The position numbers were made by a program, and so were the translations under genes. A model generated the notes under the pieces. The model saw nothing but the letters and a program-made list of their open reading frames with translations, did no database searches and was not told the DNA's origin. A stretch of DNA of 32,000 bases from Fastidiosibacter lacustris (GTDB lineage: Bacteria; Pseudomonadota; Gammaproteobacteria; Francisellales; Francisellaceae), in assembly GCF_003428155.1 (NCBI RefSeq), contig NZ_QLIR01000010.1:30001-62000 (forward strand). The letters run 5' to 3'. This document shows, one piece after another, positions 28,879 through 32,000 of this stretch (position 1 is the first letter of the stretch; each line of letters opens with the position of its first letter).

Positions 28879-29089
28879 AATCGTGACTTCCTTTTATTTG
28901 AGGCAGTTTTAATATGATTATTAGTTTAGATCAGCGTTTTTATTTGTACAATAGAAAATAACTTTTTGTTATGTAAGTATTTAGCGATAATCATACATAT
29001 AGGCGCATATTTAATACGTTTTTCTCTTAAGATGGAGTATGCTAGTATGAGTTCTAACAAATGTCGATAATGCAAAATAAGGATAAATA

Positions 29090-29533
29090 ATGCAAGTTAA
29101 AGGTTTCAGTTTAGCAACACGTGTCATTCATATGATTGGCTTTGAAATATTTGCTATTGTTATTTTCGCACCTTTAGCTGCTTTTATATTAGATAAGGGA
29201 ATAATAGAAATAGGTGCTTTAGGCATATTCACTTCGCTTATTGCTATGTTTTGGAACTTTATTTATAACTGGGTGTTTGACGTTTGGGAAGTGCGACTTG
29301 GCAAGGATAGGTTTAACCGTAGCGTGATAACAAGATGTATACATGTATTATTGTTTGAATTAGGTCTTTTTATTGTCACCATTCCACTTGTTGCATTTTG
29401 GTTAGATATGACACTTTTGCAAGCGTTTTTAATTGATATTGCTTTTGTGGCTTTCTTTTTAATCTATGCTTTTGTTTATAACTGGATATTCGATCTTCTA
29501 TACTTAAAACTTGTACGCAAAGTAAGCATTTAA
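29090..29533 (+). CDS. PACE (AceI-like) efflux transporter
   Basis: 147 aa; two repeats of the bacterial transmembrane pair domain: TRVIHMIGFEIFAIVIFAPLAAFIL...FIYNWVFDVWE and TRCIHVLLFELGLFIVTIPLVAFWL...FVYNWIFDLLY. Confidence 0.93.
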   Translation: MQVKGFSLATRVIHMIGFEIFAIVIFAPLAAFILDKGIIEIGALGIFTSLIAMFWNFIYNWVFDVWEVRLGKDRFNRSVITRCIHVLLFELGLFIVTIPLVAFWLDMTLLQAFLIDIAFVAFFLIYAFVYNWIFDLLYLKLVRKVSI

Positions 29534-29610
29534 ATTTGTATAAAATAATCATTATTTAGCACCTTTAGTGTTACCATCTTACGATTATCAAAAACCTATC
29601 AGTAGGAAAA

Positions 29611-30279
29611 ATGATGCGAATTTTAGTTGTAGAAGACGATATTATGTTAGGTGAAGGAATAGTTGAAGGCTTAAAGCAGCATAACTACGCTGTAGATTTG
29701 ATGCAAGATGGGAAAATGGCAGAAATGGCATTAGATACTGAACCGTATGATGCAGTTGTTATGGATATTGGCTTACCTTTTAAAGATGGCATTTCGATTG
29801 TAAAAAGCATACGTGCTAAGGGAAACTCAGTTCCAGTTTTACTATTAACCGCGCGTGATGCAATCGATGATCGTGTGCGTGGATTAGATTCAGGCGCTGA
29901 TGATTATTTAACAAAACCCTTTGATTTATCAGAGCTTTTAGCAAGAATGCGTGCATTGGTACGTCGTTCAGCTGGACGGAGCGATCCTAAAATTAAGTTT
30001 GAAGAGTTAGAGCTTGATCCTGCAGCACAAACTGTAACAGTAAGCGGTGAGTTTGTAAAACTTTCAAGAAGAGAATTTGCGTTACTTGAATGCTTGTTAG
30101 AAAATACAGGAAAGGTGGTTTCTAAAACGAAGTTGCTTGAAAAATTATATGGTTGGGATGAAGAAGTAGATTCTAATACCCTAGAAGTACATATTCATAA
30201 TGTACGTAAGAAAATTCAGAATAAATATATAAAAACGTTACGAGGCGTTGGTTATATTGTACAAAAACCAACAGCATAA
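29611..30279 (+). CDS. OmpR-family response regulator (QseB/PmrA-like)
   Basis: 222 aa; MRILVVEDDIMLGEGI, AVVMDIGLPFKDG, GADDYLTKPFD; winged helix LSRREFALLECLLENTGKVVSKTKLLEKLYGWDEEVDSNTLEVHIHNVRKKI. Confidence 0.93.
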   Translation: MMRILVVEDDIMLGEGIVEGLKQHNYAVDLMQDGKMAEMALDTEPYDAVVMDIGLPFKDGISIVKSIRAKGNSVPVLLLTARDAIDDRVRGLDSGADDYLTKPFDLSELLARMRALVRRSAGRSDPKIKFEELELDPAAQTVTVSGEFVKLSRREFALLECLLENTGKVVSKTKLLEKLYGWDEEVDSNTLEVHIHNVRKKIQNKYIKTLRGVGYIVQKPTA

Positions 30280-30332
30280 GCAATAAACCAAGTAAATCAG
30301 TGGACTTTAGACATAAAATCATTGAAGATAAC

Positions 30333-30361
30333 CACCATTGATTTGATGGTGTTTATTCTTT
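30333..30361 (+). terminator. Probable weak rho-independent terminator between the response regulator and tex
   Basis: CACCAT (30333-30338), 7-nt loop, ATGGTG (30346-30351), followed by TTTATTCTTT. Confidence 0.45.
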
Positions 30362-30366
30362 AGGTT

Positions 30367-32000
30367 ATGAACTTACAACTGCTGACTCAAAAGGGTGCAC
30401 TGAGCTTAAGTGCAGTTAATAATATTATTAAGCTTCTTGATGAAGGTGCAACGATTCCGTTTATTGCACGTTATCGCAAAGAAGCAACCGATGGTATAAC
30501 GGATGCCCAGCTTCGTGATTTTTATGCGCAATATCAATATTTACAAAAACTCGATGTGCGTAGAGAAGAAATTATCAATATTTTACAAGAGCGTGAACTT
30601 TACAATAATGAGTTACAAACTGTATTACACAATGCGCAAACCTTGACTGATCTTGAAGATATTTACCAACCTTTTAAGCAAAAGCGTAATACTCGCGCTC
30701 AGCTAGCTATTGATAAAGGGCTACAAGCATTAGCTGACCGACTTATGAAAGCTTATGATAGTATTGATGATTTTTATGAGCAAGCGGCACGGTTTGTAAA
30801 AGAAAAAGTGACTACTGTTGAAGAAGCTATTCAAGGTGCTATGGATATTGCAGCAGAATACTATGCGGATAATCCTAAAGAACGTGCCTTTGTTCGCGAT
30901 CAAGTGTCACAATTTGGTCAAATGCAGATTAAAATAACAAGAAGCTGTGATAAGAATGGTAACTTTTTCCAATTTGATCAATATCAGTCAAATATTAATA
31001 AGATTCCAGCTCATAGATTATTGGCGATTTTTAGAGGCGTTACTGAAAAAGAATTAAGCCTTAAGATTGAAATTGATCATGAACGTTACAAAGAAAATAT
31101 GGAGCGTCATAAACTACCTAAAAATGCAGCTGGTGTATCTTCAATTTTGCTTGATGCCTATTATGATGGTTATAAGCGTTTGTTGTATCCTGCTATTGAG
31201 CGCGAGATCATAAATGATTTAAAAGAAAAAGCCGAAAGTTCAGCGATGAATGTTTTTGCTGGAAATTTAGCTCAGTTATTAATGACTCCAGCTGTTCAAT
31301 CACAAGCGATTTTAGGTGTTGATCCTGGTTTTAAAACAGGCGCTAAGCTTGCGGTGATTAACCAAGAAGGAATGTATCTTGATCATGCAGTTATTTATCC
31401 TGTGGCACCTTTTAATAAGGTTCAAGAGGCAAATGCTGTTGTTACTAAATTAGTCAATAAATATAAAATTGATACCGTTGCGATAGGTAATGGGACAGCT
31501 TCAAGAGAATTACAAGACTTTTTTGCTCAGTATAATAAAGCGCTAAAAGTGGGACTTCGTTATACAGTGGTATCAGAAGCAGGTGCTTCAGTTTATTCAG
31601 CTTCAAAGCTTGCAGAAGAGGAATATCCAGATTTAGATGTAACAATCAGGGGTGCTATTTCTATTGCTCAACGTTTACAAAACCCAATGGCAACACTTGT
31701 TAAGATTGACCCTAAGTCCTTAGGTATTGGTCAATATCAGCACGATGTTGATCAAAAAAAATTAGCACAAAAGTTACATGATATCACTGAAGCCGTGGTA
31801 AATAATGTGGGTGTCAATCTGAATACGGCCTCTTATGTTTTATTGTCGTATGTATCAGGTATAAATACACGTTTGGCAAAAGAAATTGTCAGTTATCGTA
31901 ATAAATATGGTGCTTTTACAAGTGTTGAAGAATTAAAAAAAATCAAAGGATTGGGCGACAAAACATTTGAACAATGTTCAGGTTTTATGCGTATCCCAAA
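30367..32000 (+). CDS. tex: RNA-binding transcriptional accessory protein Tex, 3' truncated by window end
   Basis: Frame open from ATG at 30367 to the window end: MNLQLLTQKGALSLSAVNNIIKLLDEGATIPFIARYRKEATDGITDAQLRDF..., ILGVDPGFKTGAKLAVI, IGNGTASREL, VVSEAGASVYSASKLAEEEYPDLDVTIRGAISIAQRLQNP. Not in the supplied ORF track. Confidence 0.95.
   Translation, partial: MNLQLLTQKGALSLSAVNNIIKLLDEGATIPFIARYRKEATDGITDAQLRDFYAQYQYLQKLDVRREEIINILQERELYNNELQTVLHNAQTLTDLEDIYQPFKQKRNTRAQLAIDKGLQALADRLMKAYDSIDDFYEQAARFVKEKVTTVEEAIQGAMDIAAEYYADNPKERAFVRDQVSQFGQMQIKITRSCDKNGNFFQFDQYQSNINKIPAHRLLAIFRGVTEKELSLKIEIDHERYKENMERHKLPKNAAGVSSILLDAYYDGYKRLLYPAIEREIINDLKEKAESSAMNVFAGNLAQLLMTPAVQSQAILGVDPGFKTGAKLAVINQEGMYLDHAVIYPVAPFNKVQEANAVVTKLVNKYKIDTVAIGNGTASRELQDFFAQYNKALKVGLRYTVVSEAGASVYSASKLAEEEYPDLDVTIRGAISIAQRLQNPMATLVKIDPKSLGIGQYQHDVDQKKLAQKLHDITEAVVNNVGVNLNTASYVLLSYVSGINTRLAKEIVSYRNKYGAFTSVEELKKIKGLGDKTFEQCSGFMRIP

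Noticed and set aside
29046-29072. Tiny ORF ATGAGTTCTAACAAATGTCGATAA (MSSNKCR*) upstream of the PACE gene
   Set aside because: Seven codons, no attenuator-like pairing evident; such ORFs occur by chance.
31454-31645. Minus-strand 63-aa ORF at the right end
   Set aside because: Antisense shadow of tex, which is absent from the ORF track only because its stop codon lies outside the window.
1-32000. CRISPR arrays, transposases, integrases, phage or toxin-antitoxin modules
   Set aside because: Scanned for regularly spaced repeats and for recognisable transposase, integrase or TA proteins in the ORF list; none seen.

Overview
AT-rich bacterial chromosome segment. From gene content it is probably a gammaproteobacterium, possibly near the Francisella/Fastidiosibacter/Legionella side; this is inference. 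Most of the window is recognisable housekeeping or metabolic sequence. Main blocks: (1) a truncated gene at the left edge resembling the HExxH-motif RiPP-modification family (TIGR04267 / aKG-HExxH peptide beta-hydroxylase type); (2) a seven-gene minus-strand phenylalanine/tyrosine catabolism block, in transcription order hppD-maiA-hmgA-fahA-phhA-phhB-Glu/Leu-type dehydrogenase; (3) psd, an orphan membrane protein, TatD-family DNase, hpt, a LysR regulator, an EamA transporter, ruvB and nagA; (4) a plus-strand series of fau, bolA, a ChaA-like antiporter, rlmE, a PduO-type adenosyltransferase, trkA, mnmG and a small lipoprotein; (5) an envelope/efflux-like region. Region 5 holds a degenerate-receiver OmpR-type regulator and an operon of three periplasmic-adaptor proteins, one fused to a PqqD-like/M50 site-2-protease-like membrane module and one carrying an N-terminal GAF-like domain. 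It also holds a PACE-family transporter and a canonical OmpR-type response regulator with no kinase beside it; (6) the 5' part of tex, which runs off the right edge and is absent from the supplied ORF track. The adaptor operon (24550-28878) with its neighbouring atypical regulator is the best candidate for an under-described system. I found no CRISPR array, tRNA, rRNA or mobile element that I could support.
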